Assembly: GCA_964515545.1 (NCBI GenBank)
Contig: CAZERI010000002.1
Location: 277,731-341,730 of the forward strand
Direction: 5' to 3'
Length of the DNA stretch: 64,000 nucleotides
Origin: an uncultured Gammaproteobacteria bacterium
GTDB lineage: Bacteria > Patescibacteriota > Microgenomatia > Levybacterales > UBA12049
Of the stretch, positions 10,509-19,433 are shown in pieces (the stretch's first letter is position 1; each line of letters opens with the position of its first letter). A model generated the notes under the pieces. It was given only the letters and a program-made list of their open reading frames with translations, ran no database searches and was not told the origin of the DNA. The position numbers and the translations under genes are program-made.

Positions 10509-11805
10509 AGCTAAAAACATTATTTATGTAGGGAAAGCCAAAGATCTTAAAGCTCGTGTTTCATCATACTTTACAGGACTTTCTCAGCTTGGACCCAAAA
10601 CTCAAGCTTTAGTTGAGCAGATAGATAAAATAAAAATTACTGTTGTCGAATCAGAGATTGAGTCCCTTCTTCTTGAGGCCTACTACATTAAGAAATATCG
10701 CCCTCGCTACAACATTCGTCTGACGGACGACAAATCCTATCCATTAATCAAAATTACTCTAAAAGATGAGTATCCCGCTGTTCTTTTTGCTCACAAGATG
10801 GATGATCCAAAGGCGACATATTTTGGCCCTTTCCCCAGTTCAGGATCGGTAAAGCTGGTCCTGCGGACCCTACGTCGTGCTTTTCCTTACCAGTCTGTCA
10901 TTAACCACCCGAAAAGAATATGTCTTTATCATCACCTTGGGCTTTGTCCCTGCCCTGTGGTAAATGACTCTGAAGAATTAAAAAAAGAATATAAAAAGAA
11001 TATTAAAAATATTATTAAAGTCCTGGAAGGTAAGTCTCAGGTTGTCATAAAGGAACTCAAAAAAGAAATGGAGGAGAAGAGTAAAGAAGAGAAATTCGAG
11101 GAGGCATCATTACTCAAGAAAAAAATACATGCACTTCAAATTATCACTGAGCCTACTATAAAGCCATTTGAATATGATATTAATCCTAATTTACGGACAG
11201 ACCTAAGAAAAAGAGAACTTGATGGATTACGGGAAGCACTCCAGACAAGCGGGCTTACCACCCCACCTCTCCTTCGCATTGAATGTTATGACATTTCCAA
11301 TATTCAAGGAACCAATGCTACAGGATCGCTTGTTGTCTTAACAGAAGGCGAAATAGATAAATCTCAGTATCGAAAGTTTAAAATCAGAAAAGATGGGAAA
11401 CCAAATGACTTTGCCATGATGGCTGAAATGCTTGAGAGACGCCTTAAACACCTAGAGTGGCCTAAACCTGACCTTATTATCATAGACGGAGGTAAAGGAC
11501 AGCTTTCCGCTGTTTTGGAAATCATGGAAAAAACGAATGTTCATTTTCCGCTTGTCGGCCTGGCAAAGAGGGAAGAGACCATTGTCATTCCAACAGCTCA
11601 AAGCTTTTTTGACGAAACCCACTCACAGAACTCCTCATCACTTTTAAGCAAACATATCTATGGTAGAAATGAAAAGAATTTTAGAGAAATCTCACTCAGT
11701 AAAAATTCAGCTTCACTTCATCTTATTCAGAAGATTCGTAACGAGGCCCATCGGTTCGCTATAACTTATCATCGGAAATTGCGGAGTAAAAGGGCAGTTG
11801 AGTAA
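10441..11805 (+). CDS. uvrC: Excinuclease ABC subunit C, short form lacking the C-terminal (HhH)2 domain
   Basis: GIY-YIG motif (PGVYLYLDKAKNIIYVGKAKDLKARV), Cys-rich segment, UvrB-interacting coiled region and endonuclease motifs RIECYDISN and NEAHRFAI are present. The protein stops about 20 aa after the latter. A TTG start overlaps the upstream gene by 68 nt. Confidence 0.8.
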   Translation: MLFSRQSYLSLPSKPGVYLYLDKAKNIIYVGKAKDLKARVSSYFTGLSQLGPKTQALVEQIDKIKITVVESEIESLLLEAYYIKKYRPRYNIRLTDDKSYPLIKITLKDEYPAVLFAHKMDDPKATYFGPFPSSGSVKLVLRTLRRAFPYQSVINHPKRICLYHHLGLCPCPVVNDSEELKKEYKKNIKNIIKVLEGKSQVVIKELKKEMEEKSKEEKFEEASLLKKKIHALQIITEPTIKPFEYDINPNLRTDLRKRELDGLREALQTSGLTTPPLLRIECYDISNIQGTNATGSLVVLTEGEIDKSQYRKFKIRKDGKPNDFAMMAEMLERRLKHLEWPKPDLIIIDGGKGQLSAVLEIMEKTNVHFPLVGLAKREETIVIPTAQSFFDETHSQNSSSLLSKHIYGRNEKNFREISLSKNSASLHLIQKIRNEAHRFAITYHRKLRSKRAVE

Positions 11806-11808
11806 CAC

Positions 11809-13173
11809 TTATCTTCTAGCCACTACGTATGAATAAGGGAAATAGAGGAATGAAGCCGGTGTGTCAATGACAGCATCATCAATAAGAAATCTTTGGAATT
11901 CGTCATATATTTTAATACGCTCATTTACATTGACTGTTTGCCTTCCATCCTCAAGCAACTTATCAATACGCTTACTATCAAACCGAGTAATATTGTGATC
12001 TGACTTTGAATGCCAAAGCTCATATTGGTCTGGATCTTTGGGGACGAAGAAGTCTCCTAAGTACATTTGAAAATTACTTGGCTTACTTTCTACGTCTTCA
12101 ATCTTTACCTTTACTCCAAGATCTTGCCATATCTTCACAATCCGTTCTGCTACTTGGTGATATTTTGCCAGCGTTTTAAGAGTAATGGTTTGCCGAGCTG
12201 AGGCTTTTGCGGAACCATACGTCGCATCTATCAAGAGTTTCGCATGCGCTAAATCCTGAAATTTATTTGCTGCATCTTTACTAAAATAAATTGAATTAGG
12301 AGGATAGGGGAGGTGAGCCCTCTCTCCTTCTTCAAATTTATCAGGAATAGCGTATGTCAGTCCTTTACGCAGCTTATTATCTGAGACAACCTGATCTTTA
12401 GTATTATAAAAAACAGTCACCAATTGCTCATAATTAGTACGCTCTTCAACCTTACTGTTACGATGTTTTGAAAGGTCTGTGCCGGATATTTTTGAGTTAT
12501 TAATTCCGACAATCTTCGTTGCATCACCCAAAAGGTAGGCTGTTTTCAGAGCTTCCTGATTAGGATAGAACGTATAATCCTCTTGAACCTGTTTATTTCT
12601 TGTTTTGACTAGATAGAGTGAGTTTATAAAATTCCCATTAAGTTTGATATCACGGATGGTGTATTCACCAAGCCCTTGAAGGCCCTTAGGAAAAATTGGT
12701 CTAGATACTGTGACAAGAAAAGGTGCATATTGATCTTTCAACGTAAAGCTTATCGTATACTTATCAGGTTTCTCTACCTTAGCATCTTTAAAAGAGTATC
12801 CTAATGTGTCAGACGTAACTTCTTTACCATTTGAAAATTTGATGCCTTTTTTTAAATGAAATGTATATTTTTTACCTTGATCCTTTATATCCCACGAACT
12901 GGCAAGATCAGGCTTTATTTCACCTTTATCGGTAACTATAGTAAGACCTCGAGACAATTTTTGAGTTATTGAAGAAGGTAAATTATCAAGAGTATATGCT
13001 CCTACCATTCCGATTCGCTCTCGTTGAGGGAATAAATGAGCTATATGCTTTGAAAAGAAAATTAAGAAGAAAAATCCAAAAAGTCCTCCCAAAAAAGAGA
13101 GGAAGATAATCTTTCCCCATTTTTTGATATAGGCCCTAACAAGCCAAATGAATAATCTTTTATTGATGACCAT
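11809..13173 (-). CDS. Solute-binding protein family 5 (peptide/nickel ABC-type substrate-binding protein-like), orphan with an N-terminal TM anchor
   Basis: SBP_bac_5-like segment LASSWDIKDQGKKYTFHLKKGIKFSNG. No adjacent permease or ATPase genes. Confidence 0.55.
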   Translation of the reverse strand: MVINKRLFIWLVRAYIKKWGKIIFLSFLGGLFGFFFLIFFSKHIAHLFPQRERIGMVGAYTLDNLPSSITQKLSRGLTIVTDKGEIKPDLASSWDIKDQGKKYTFHLKKGIKFSNGKEVTSDTLGYSFKDAKVEKPDKYTISFTLKDQYAPFLVTVSRPIFPKGLQGLGEYTIRDIKLNGNFINSLYLVKTRNKQVQEDYTFYPNQEALKTAYLLGDATKIVGINNSKISGTDLSKHRNSKVEERTNYEQLVTVFYNTKDQVVSDNKLRKGLTYAIPDKFEEGERAHLPYPPNSIYFSKDAANKFQDLAHAKLLIDATYGSAKASARQTITLKTLAKYHQVAERIVKIWQDLGVKVKIEDVESKPSNFQMYLGDFFVPKDPDQYELWHSKSDHNITRFDSKRIDKLLEDGRQTVNVNERIKIYDEFQRFLIDDAVIDTPASFLYFPYSYVVARR

Positions 13174-13182
13174 ACCCAAAAT

Positions 13183-13395
13183 CTAGCGCTGTAGAAGTAG
13201 GAGAACAGAGACAACAACAAGAAGAGAAGCAAGAATAGCAGTTGCATAAAAAAGAAATTTCTCAATATTTCTTTTACTTCGATACATTTCTCCGCCACCG
13301 CCGAAAACAGGTGAGATACCTCCTCCTTGAGACTGAAGAAGTACGCAAATTACTAAAAGAACTGAAATAATAATTTGTAAGACATTAAAGATCAT
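13183..13395 (-). CDS. secG: Preprotein translocase subunit SecG
   Basis: 70 aa with two TM helices and the LLQSQGGG...FGGGG glycine-rich SecG signature. Confidence 0.7.
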   Translation of the reverse strand: MIFNVLQIIISVLLVICVLLQSQGGGISPVFGGGGEMYRSKRNIEKFLFYATAILASLLVVVSVLLLLQR

Positions 13396-13404
13396 GAATG
13401 TTTA

Positions 13405-14367
13405 TTATACTGTTTTCATTACCATCTCTGCAAGTTTATCCGAGTCGTGATAAAGAGGGAATTCATCATTAACAAGGTCTCCTTTAAAGATAGCAACACC
13501 AGATGGAAGATTCTTATCATCTACCTTAATATAGCTATACTTATATTTACGAGGGATTGAGTTTTTATGATTATCATTTGCAATAATAACCTCAAATGGG
13601 AATGTGTCTAGATGAGTCTGAATAGCAGTAATAAAATCTGACAGAGAGAAATCCCTCGTTTCAAATGGTTTATTAGCAATATTAGCGACAAATATTTTTT
13701 TTGCTTTGCTTTCAAAGAGCGCTTGCTTTATCTGAGGAACGATAAGCACAGGGAGCTGATTAGTATACAAATCCCCTGGCCCGCTAATGATAACGTCAGC
13801 CTCCATAAGACACTGGATTACTCTCTTATTGACTTTAGGGCGGGCAGGATTTATATAGATCTTCTTAAGACCATACGGCTCACTGTATTTAGCTAAGTCC
13901 AGCGTATTTTCAGTATGAACTCTTCGTCCATCTTTAGTAATCGCCCAGAGATGAACTCTTTGATCTGTAGCTGGATAGAAATTCCCCTTAACACCTACCA
14001 TTTTCTTTGTTGCTTCAATTGCTTTATAAAAATCCTTCGTCCGCTGAATCTCAGCTAACATGATGAGATTCCCTAATTTGTGGCCATCAATTGATTTGTT
14101 GGATCTATCCTGACCAGGGAATCTATAAAGGAAGAGAGATTCAAGCTCCTTATCCGAATCATCCATCATGGCAGCAATACAGCTTACGACATCACCCGGT
14201 GGCATAATGTTGTAAGCCTCTCTTAGCCTGCCTGATGAACCACCATCGTCAGCCATCGATGTTACTGCTGAAATTTCGACAGGGTATTTTTTAAGTCCGC
14301 GAAGAAGTCTGCTGGTACCAATTCCGCCTCCTAGACAGACTATTTTATGTGTTATTCTATCAGCCAT
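13405..14367 (-). CDS. yvcK: YvcK/CofD-family protein (gluconeogenesis factor / UDP-sugar-binding, 2-phospho-L-lactate transferase-like)
   Basis: KIVCLGGGIGTSRLLRGLK...SMADDGGSSGRLRE is the family hallmark. Confidence 0.8.
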   Translation of the reverse strand: MADRITHKIVCLGGGIGTSRLLRGLKKYPVEISAVTSMADDGGSSGRLREAYNIMPPGDVVSCIAAMMDDSDKELESLFLYRFPGQDRSNKSIDGHKLGNLIMLAEIQRTKDFYKAIEATKKMVGVKGNFYPATDQRVHLWAITKDGRRVHTENTLDLAKYSEPYGLKKIYINPARPKVNKRVIQCLMEADVIISGPGDLYTNQLPVLIVPQIKQALFESKAKKIFVANIANKPFETRDFSLSDFITAIQTHLDTFPFEVIIANDNHKNSIPRKYKYSYIKVDDKNLPSGVAIFKGDLVNDEFPLYHDSDKLAEMVMKTV

Positions 14368-14753
14368 TTTATTATAGTTACGATTATAGCTAGTACTAAA
14401 GCAGAGGCAAGAAAGGCGAAAAGGGTATTAAATGTAATGGGCGGGATTACAAATCCGAAGATATTTACGCCTTCTGATTTATATGGATGGATCATTATAC
14501 CAGTTACAAAAATAGTCAGCAAATACAAGATAAATGCATTAGTAAAAATCGAGAAAAATCCGAGTGTCATTAGGTTAAATGGAAAACTAATAACATTTAA
14601 AATAGGTTTAATAATAGTCATCATGGCAGAGAGCATTATTCCGCCAAAAATACTTGTCCCCAATCCTCCCGTAATCTCGACTCCTCCTACAATATACGGA
14701 AGAATAAAAAGTGCTCCACTATAAATTGCGACATTCCGAACTAATCCTTTCAC
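14352..14753 (-). CDS. DUF360/phage-holin-4-like small membrane protein
   Basis: 133 aa with 4 TM helices and GTG start. It overlaps yvcK by 16 nt. The plus-strand ORF 14347-14724 is treated as its shadow. Confidence 0.45.
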   Translation of the reverse strand: MKGLVRNVAIYSGALFILPYIVGGVEITGGLGTSIFGGIMLSAMMTIIKPILNVISFPFNLMTLGFFSIFTNAFILYLLTIFVTGIMIHPYKSEGVNIFGFVIPPITFNTLFAFLASALVLAIIVTIIKWLIE

Positions 14754-14837
14754 ACCACTCAGCGTAGCAAAGTAGTATCGAACGTGTCAAACAGCCAGTT
14801 GCAAAGATTCAGGTAAGTAATTATTATGTAACTCCCT

Positions 14838-15998
14838 ATGAATGCAGTTATTTGTCCTCATTGCGGTAAAGAAGTTGAAATTTCATCTGCTCTCTCACAC
14901 CAACTCGAGCAAGAAATTTTAGCTAAAGAAAAAAATAAGCATCTCAAAGAGCTTGAAGATGTAAAGCAAAAAGCTCAAGATGAAGCAAAGAAAAAGATTG
15001 AAGAACAGTTCTCTCTTCAACTTAAGCAACAAAAAGAAGAAGTGGAGGCAAAAGATCTCCGCAATAAGGAATTGATCGAACAGATTACGGAAATGACTAA
15101 AGAAATGAGAGAAATGCGTCGTGAGAAAGATGAAGTTAAGTTGCAAATGCAAAAGCAACTGGCTGTCGAAGAGGAAAAAATTCGTCTTGATGCTCAAAAA
15201 AAAGCAGAGGAAGAACAACATAATAAAATAACACAAAAAGACAAGCAATTAACAGACGCTCTTAAGGAATTAGAAGACATGCGACGTAAGCTTCAACAGG
15301 GAAGCCAACAGACGCAAGGAGAAGCCTTTGAGCTGGAGTTTGAAGAGTTCTTAAAGAGTCATTACCCTAACGATAAGATTATGCCGGTCGAGAAAGGAGT
15401 AAAAGGAGCAGATGTTATTCAGGAAGTTTGGGATAGAAATGGTGTCTATGCGGGGAAAATCCTTTGGGAGCTTAAAAATACTAAGACGTGGAGTGAGCCT
15501 TGGATCGCCAAACTTAAGGATGATAAAAGGTCCATTAATGCCGAGGAAGCAATTATCATTACCCAAACCATGCCGAATAACATGAGCTACGCAGGTTTTC
15601 GAAATGGTGTGTGGGTAACAGAGAGAGGCTACATTCTTCCTTTAGCAGATTCCTTGCGGGTTAAGCTTATCGAGCTTGGTATTATAAAAAATTCACTCAA
15701 AGGTAAAGATATGAAAATGGAGGCATTATATACCTACCTAACAGGGACTGAATTCAAGAATAGGCTGGAAGCTATTGTAGAAGCATTTGGCAACATGCAA
15801 AGCGAAATTGAAAAAGAAAAACGCTATTTTGCTAACAAGTGGGCTAGGGATGAAAAAAATATCAGACAAGTCATCGATAGCACATACGGAATGCATGGAG
15901 ACTTCAAAGGTATTCTTTCTTCAGCAGTTCCTCAAATTGCTGGCATTGATGGTGCTCTCGAATTAGATAGTATACAAGAACAAAAACTCCTCGAATGA
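14838..15998 (+). CDS. DUF2130-family protein (N-terminal zinc ribbon CPHCG, long K/E coiled coil, conserved C-terminal domain)
   Basis: MNAVICPHCGKEVEI followed by about 170 aa of heptad-like KE-rich sequence and then a globular C-terminus. Its stop overlaps the rnhB start (ATGA). Confidence 0.5.
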   Translation: MNAVICPHCGKEVEISSALSHQLEQEILAKEKNKHLKELEDVKQKAQDEAKKKIEEQFSLQLKQQKEEVEAKDLRNKELIEQITEMTKEMREMRREKDEVKLQMQKQLAVEEEKIRLDAQKKAEEEQHNKITQKDKQLTDALKELEDMRRKLQQGSQQTQGEAFELEFEEFLKSHYPNDKIMPVEKGVKGADVIQEVWDRNGVYAGKILWELKNTKTWSEPWIAKLKDDKRSINAEEAIIITQTMPNNMSYAGFRNGVWVTERGYILPLADSLRVKLIELGIIKNSLKGKDMKMEALYTYLTGTEFKNRLEAIVEAFGNMQSEIEKEKRYFANKWARDEKNIRQVIDSTYGMHGDFKGILSSAVPQIAGIDGALELDSIQEQKLLE

Positions 15999-16624
15999 GA
16001 TCTCTGCCTACCTTTTTAGAAGAACAACTCCTTTGGGATCAAGGCAAAAATATAATTGCAGGTGTCGATGAGGTCGGGAGAGGAGCATTTGCAGGGCCTG
16101 TAGTCACAGCAGCTGTGGTTTTTCCTAAAAATTGTGTATTTTCGGATCAAGACCTTCTCGGTATTAATGATTCCAAACTCTTATCTGCCAAGAAACGTCA
16201 AATTCTGGCACAAAAAATAAAAGAGGCAACGCTCTGCTACAGTATTAGCGAAATTCCTCTTAGCTATATCAATAAATACGGTATCGGTAAAGCAGCCCAA
16301 CTAGGCTTTTATAAATCAGTAATATCTCTTTCCCAAACTCCTGATTTCTGTCTTATTGATGCTTTTTATATCCAAAAACTTAAAAAGAAGATCCAAAAAC
16401 CTATCACCCATGGTGACAGGTTATCAATTTCCATTGCTGCAGCTTCAATTATAGCTAAAGTCTATCGAGACGAACTTATGGACAGACTTCATCCTCAAGC
16501 TCCCATGTATAACTTTGCCCAAAATAAAGGATATGGCACCAAGTTTCACCGAGAACAGCTAAAGATTCATGGATTGTCTCCTTTTCATCGTCTATCCTTC
16601 AACCTCTCCGCATTCCTAGACTGA
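15995..16624 (+). CDS. rnhB: Ribonuclease HII
   Basis: GVDEVGRGAFAGPVVTAAVV with the catalytic D-E-D region. Confidence 0.85.
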   Translation: MRSLPTFLEEQLLWDQGKNIIAGVDEVGRGAFAGPVVTAAVVFPKNCVFSDQDLLGINDSKLLSAKKRQILAQKIKEATLCYSISEIPLSYINKYGIGKAAQLGFYKSVISLSQTPDFCLIDAFYIQKLKKKIQKPITHGDRLSISIAAASIIAKVYRDELMDRLHPQAPMYNFAQNKGYGTKFHREQLKIHGLSPFHRLSFNLSAFLD

Positions 16625-16711
16625 ACTATTGACAGGATGCTTCAAAAAGATCTACGATGAATCTAGTAGTACTTCACAACTTTTCTAGAAGTGGGGAAGG
16701 AGGTGAGACAC

Positions 16712-16927
16712 ATGAAGGGATTAAAAATGCTCGCTTGGTGGCTAGTTGTCGTTGGAGCTCTTAACTGGCTCTTAGTCGGTTTAGGAGGTCTTATGGGTGG
16801 CACAAGCTGGAACGTTGTCACTATGGTCTTCGGATCTATGCCAATGCTCGAGAATCTCGTCTATGTTCTTGTCGGTCTTTCTGGCCTCTGGCTTCTTTGG
16901 GACAAATTAGCTGGATCTAAAAAGTAG
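16712..16927 (+). CDS. DUF378 small membrane protein
   Basis: GGAGGTG RBS 6 nt before ATG. MKGLKMLAWWLVVVGALNWLLVGL matches the DUF378 pattern. Confidence 0.55.
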   Translation: MKGLKMLAWWLVVVGALNWLLVGLGGLMGGTSWNVVTMVFGSMPMLENLVYVLVGLSGLWLLWDKLAGSKK

Positions 16928-16950
16928 TAGTACTTTTATGATCTTATTTA

Positions 16951-16981
16951 TTGAGCCGTTTAACTACGGCTCAATTGTTTC
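16951..16981 (+). terminator. Rho-independent terminator after the DUF378 gene
   Basis: ttgagccg-tttaacta-cggctcaa perfect 8-bp stem followed by ttgttt. Confidence 0.55.
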
Positions 16982-17071
16982 TCCAATCCTCAGTTTGAAA
17001 TGATTTTATAAGGATCATATCAAGTTTATTTCCTCTCTCCTTCCTATAATAGCCTCAAAAGGATAACAAAT

Positions 17072-18694
17072 ATGTCAAAAGAAATAGGATCAATCGGAAT
17101 AAGCTCTTCAGCACCTAGTACAGCTACAGCTGAAAGAGGAGGGACACGATCACTTGGGGTAACTGAGACCAAGTCAACTAATAAAAGCAGTTACCAGCCA
17201 ATGTTCTCAATCTCAAAAGAAGGAACTCTTTCACGAAGAGGAGATAGTATGAAAAGAACTACATCATTCGATAGAAAAGTTGCGACACTGACACCTTTCA
17301 AAGGTGAGGCATCCTATTTTTCACTAGATAAAGTTGCTCCAAAACCAACTTCTAAATTTGAGACTGTTCTTTACCAAAAGACAGCTCAAGATAAGCCAGC
17401 AATTATTTCACCTGAAAAGAGACAGTATTCTATCCCCGAACTTAAAAATAAAATAACTGTATCAGACAAGGATGGGAAAGTAACTTCGAGTGCTACTGAA
17501 GTCCTCTACAAAAGGCCGGAGAATACTTCTACTGAAAATAAAGTTGCAAATCCTACCACTCACATCGAGTCACCATCGAAAAAGCCCGCATGGATCGCAA
17601 AACAATCACATCTAGCCGAACAAAAAGTGCCTAAAGAGCAGCCAATAGTTAAAGTAGAAGGCGAAAAACCAGCCGATAAAAGTATAAATCCTTTCGCTTC
17701 TAAGTTGCAGCAGCGAGTAGCAGCAGTCCAAAGTATACAGCCCCGTCAAAATGTGAATGCAAGTATTACTCCTGCAAGGATCCATGATCTTGAAGTAAAA
17801 GTTAAAAATGAGTTAAGTACTCCTTCGCACACATCCATGCCAGAAAGTACTGCATTAGCTAAAGATATCCAAAAGTCTGCAAAGCCTGAAGTTGGGAAGA
17901 TACAGCTAGACTATCAAAAAAATATAACAGGAGTAACTCGATCACTGACTACCGAACAAGCACATTTGGAAATCGCTACCAAATTAAAAGATGGCGCAAA
18001 AGTAGCCAGCAATATGATCAAAATCCTTGAATCTCAAGGGACTGAACCTCAGTTGGCAAGAAAGTTGGCTGTAGAGAAAGTAACCCAAACACTCGTCAAA
18101 ACAATTAAAGAAAAGCAGCTTGAACAATACCTCCGTAATGATGAAGAACAGCCACATGTTGATACTCATACAACAAAGGCAGAGGCTCAACCGAAAATGG
18201 AAGTGAAAGAATACGTAGATGCGGAGGGTCATCAAATCAGAGAAAAAATTGCAACGGACGAATTTGATGTTACAACGATTGAGAGAGAAGAAATTGTTGC
18301 AGAAAGAGATATTATTGCTGATGCAAATCGTATAGAAATGGCAACGCAAATAGGATCCATACTTTTAGATAAAGCACTAAAAGGAGGAACATCAGCTATT
18401 CACACCCGAGAAGTGGCTGAGTTAATGCCGGAAGAACCAGGAGAGGCATTAGCAAGCTTCATCAGAACGCAGCTTAACCTTCTTCTGGATTCTGAAGAGC
18501 AATATGATTTTTTCAAACAAACATTAGGTTCTGCGGGCTATGTGTCTAACAGCTATCAAGTAACCCAGGCAGCCAAATATGCAACAGACATTGCCCCCGC
18601 AGTGCGCTTATCCCGCACGGTAACAACTGAAAAAGTTCTGCCTGTAGATGAAGACCGAGCTATAAGGCGAGGATTAAACTCCTCAATGAAGTAA
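17072..18694 (+). CDS. Hypothetical 540-aa hydrophilic K/E/T/S-rich protein, predicted largely disordered and cytoplasmic
   Basis: Long uninterrupted ORF with ATG start. No TM segment, signal peptide or recognisable motif. Confidence 0.5.
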   Translation: MSKEIGSIGISSSAPSTATAERGGTRSLGVTETKSTNKSSYQPMFSISKEGTLSRRGDSMKRTTSFDRKVATLTPFKGEASYFSLDKVAPKPTSKFETVLYQKTAQDKPAIISPEKRQYSIPELKNKITVSDKDGKVTSSATEVLYKRPENTSTENKVANPTTHIESPSKKPAWIAKQSHLAEQKVPKEQPIVKVEGEKPADKSINPFASKLQQRVAAVQSIQPRQNVNASITPARIHDLEVKVKNELSTPSHTSMPESTALAKDIQKSAKPEVGKIQLDYQKNITGVTRSLTTEQAHLEIATKLKDGAKVASNMIKILESQGTEPQLARKLAVEKVTQTLVKTIKEKQLEQYLRNDEEQPHVDTHTTKAEAQPKMEVKEYVDAEGHQIREKIATDEFDVTTIEREEIVAERDIIADANRIEMATQIGSILLDKALKGGTSAIHTREVAELMPEEPGEALASFIRTQLNLLLDSEEQYDFFKQTLGSAGYVSNSYQVTQAAKYATDIAPAVRLSRTVTTEKVLPVDEDRAIRRGLNSSMK

Positions 18695-19135
18695 CCCCTT
18701 TTCACGAAGGTGCTCACGAATCTTTTTCCCCTCATAAATATGTCGTTTATAATAAGGAATCCGCATCACACTAAACCCAGCCTGTTCAAAAATATCATTT
18801 ACCCATGAATTATTGCTGACTATAAGGTCAACTCCCTCAGTATTTTCTAGCGCTAGCTTGAGCCACTGAGCATCATCAGGAACATCATCTATTGTTACAA
18901 TCGCTTCGACATAATCTTCAAGATTCGCTTTCCTGAATGCGTGATGGAGCATCGTCAGTCTTTCATCAATGGTATATGGGTTATCCCGATCGCTGATATT
19001 AGCGCTACCAATACCAATGATAACTTTATCTGCAGTTTTCAAAGCTTCCTGAATAAGAAAGAGGTGACCTTTATGAAAAGGCTGGAATCGACCGATGATG
19101 TAAGCTTTTTTATATCTTTTAGTCACTTTTTTCAA
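18683..19135 (-). CDS. nadM: Nicotinamide-nucleotide adenylyltransferase, NadM/archaeal-type cytidylyltransferase fold
   Basis: GRFQPFHKGH (HxGH motif) and IGIGSAN. The tracked ORF start (19198) would overlap tRNA-Lys, so I chose the internal TTG at 19135, giving MKKVTKRYKKAYIIGRF. Confidence 0.65.
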   Translation of the reverse strand: MKKVTKRYKKAYIIGRFQPFHKGHLFLIQEALKTADKVIIGIGSANISDRDNPYTIDERLTMLHHAFRKANLEDYVEAIVTIDDVPDDAQWLKLALENTEGVDLIVSNNSWVNDIFEQAGFSVMRIPYYKRHIYEGKKIREHLREKGLLH

Positions 19136-19167
19136 GCTTGTCCTGAGGGAGCAGCGAGTCGAATGGG

Positions 19168-19239
19168 TGAGCCTGAGAGGATTCGAACCTCTAACCAATA
19201 CCTTAAGAGGGTACTGCTCTACCGTTGAGCTACAGGCCC
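19168..19239 (-). tRNA. tRNA-Lys (anticodon CTT)
   Basis: GGGCCTG acceptor, anticodon loop CTCTTAA, T-arm GAGGTTCGAATCCTC and discriminator A. Confidence 0.8.
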
Positions 19240-19266
19240 TATTATCATGCGTATTATACCAAAATG

Positions 19267-19341
19267 TACACCCGAAGGGACTTGAACCCCCGACCTTCTC
19301 GTCCGAAGCGAGACGCTCTAATCCAACTGAGCTACGGGTGC
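19267..19341 (-). tRNA. tRNA-Arg (anticodon TCG)
   Basis: GCACCCG acceptor, anticodon stem-loop TCTCG-CTTCGGA-CGAGA and T-loop TTCAAGT. Confidence 0.75.
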
Positions 19342-19433
19342 AGATATGCCTATTTTAGCAAATTTTGAGGCTTCAATCCAATCCTCGACAATTTGCTAGC
19401 CAATTTAAAAAAATCTCGTTATACTAAATAAAG

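Noticed and set aside
14347-14724. Plus-strand ORF antisense to the DUF360 membrane-protein gene
   Set aside because: Shadow ORF. The minus-strand product has a coherent 4-TM profile while the plus product is low-complexity.
18941-19358. Tracked ORFs 18941-19228(+) and 19167-19358(+)
   Set aside because: They run through tRNA-Lys(CTT) and tRNA-Arg(TCG) and the NMNAT gene. They are artefacts of tRNA-rich sequence.
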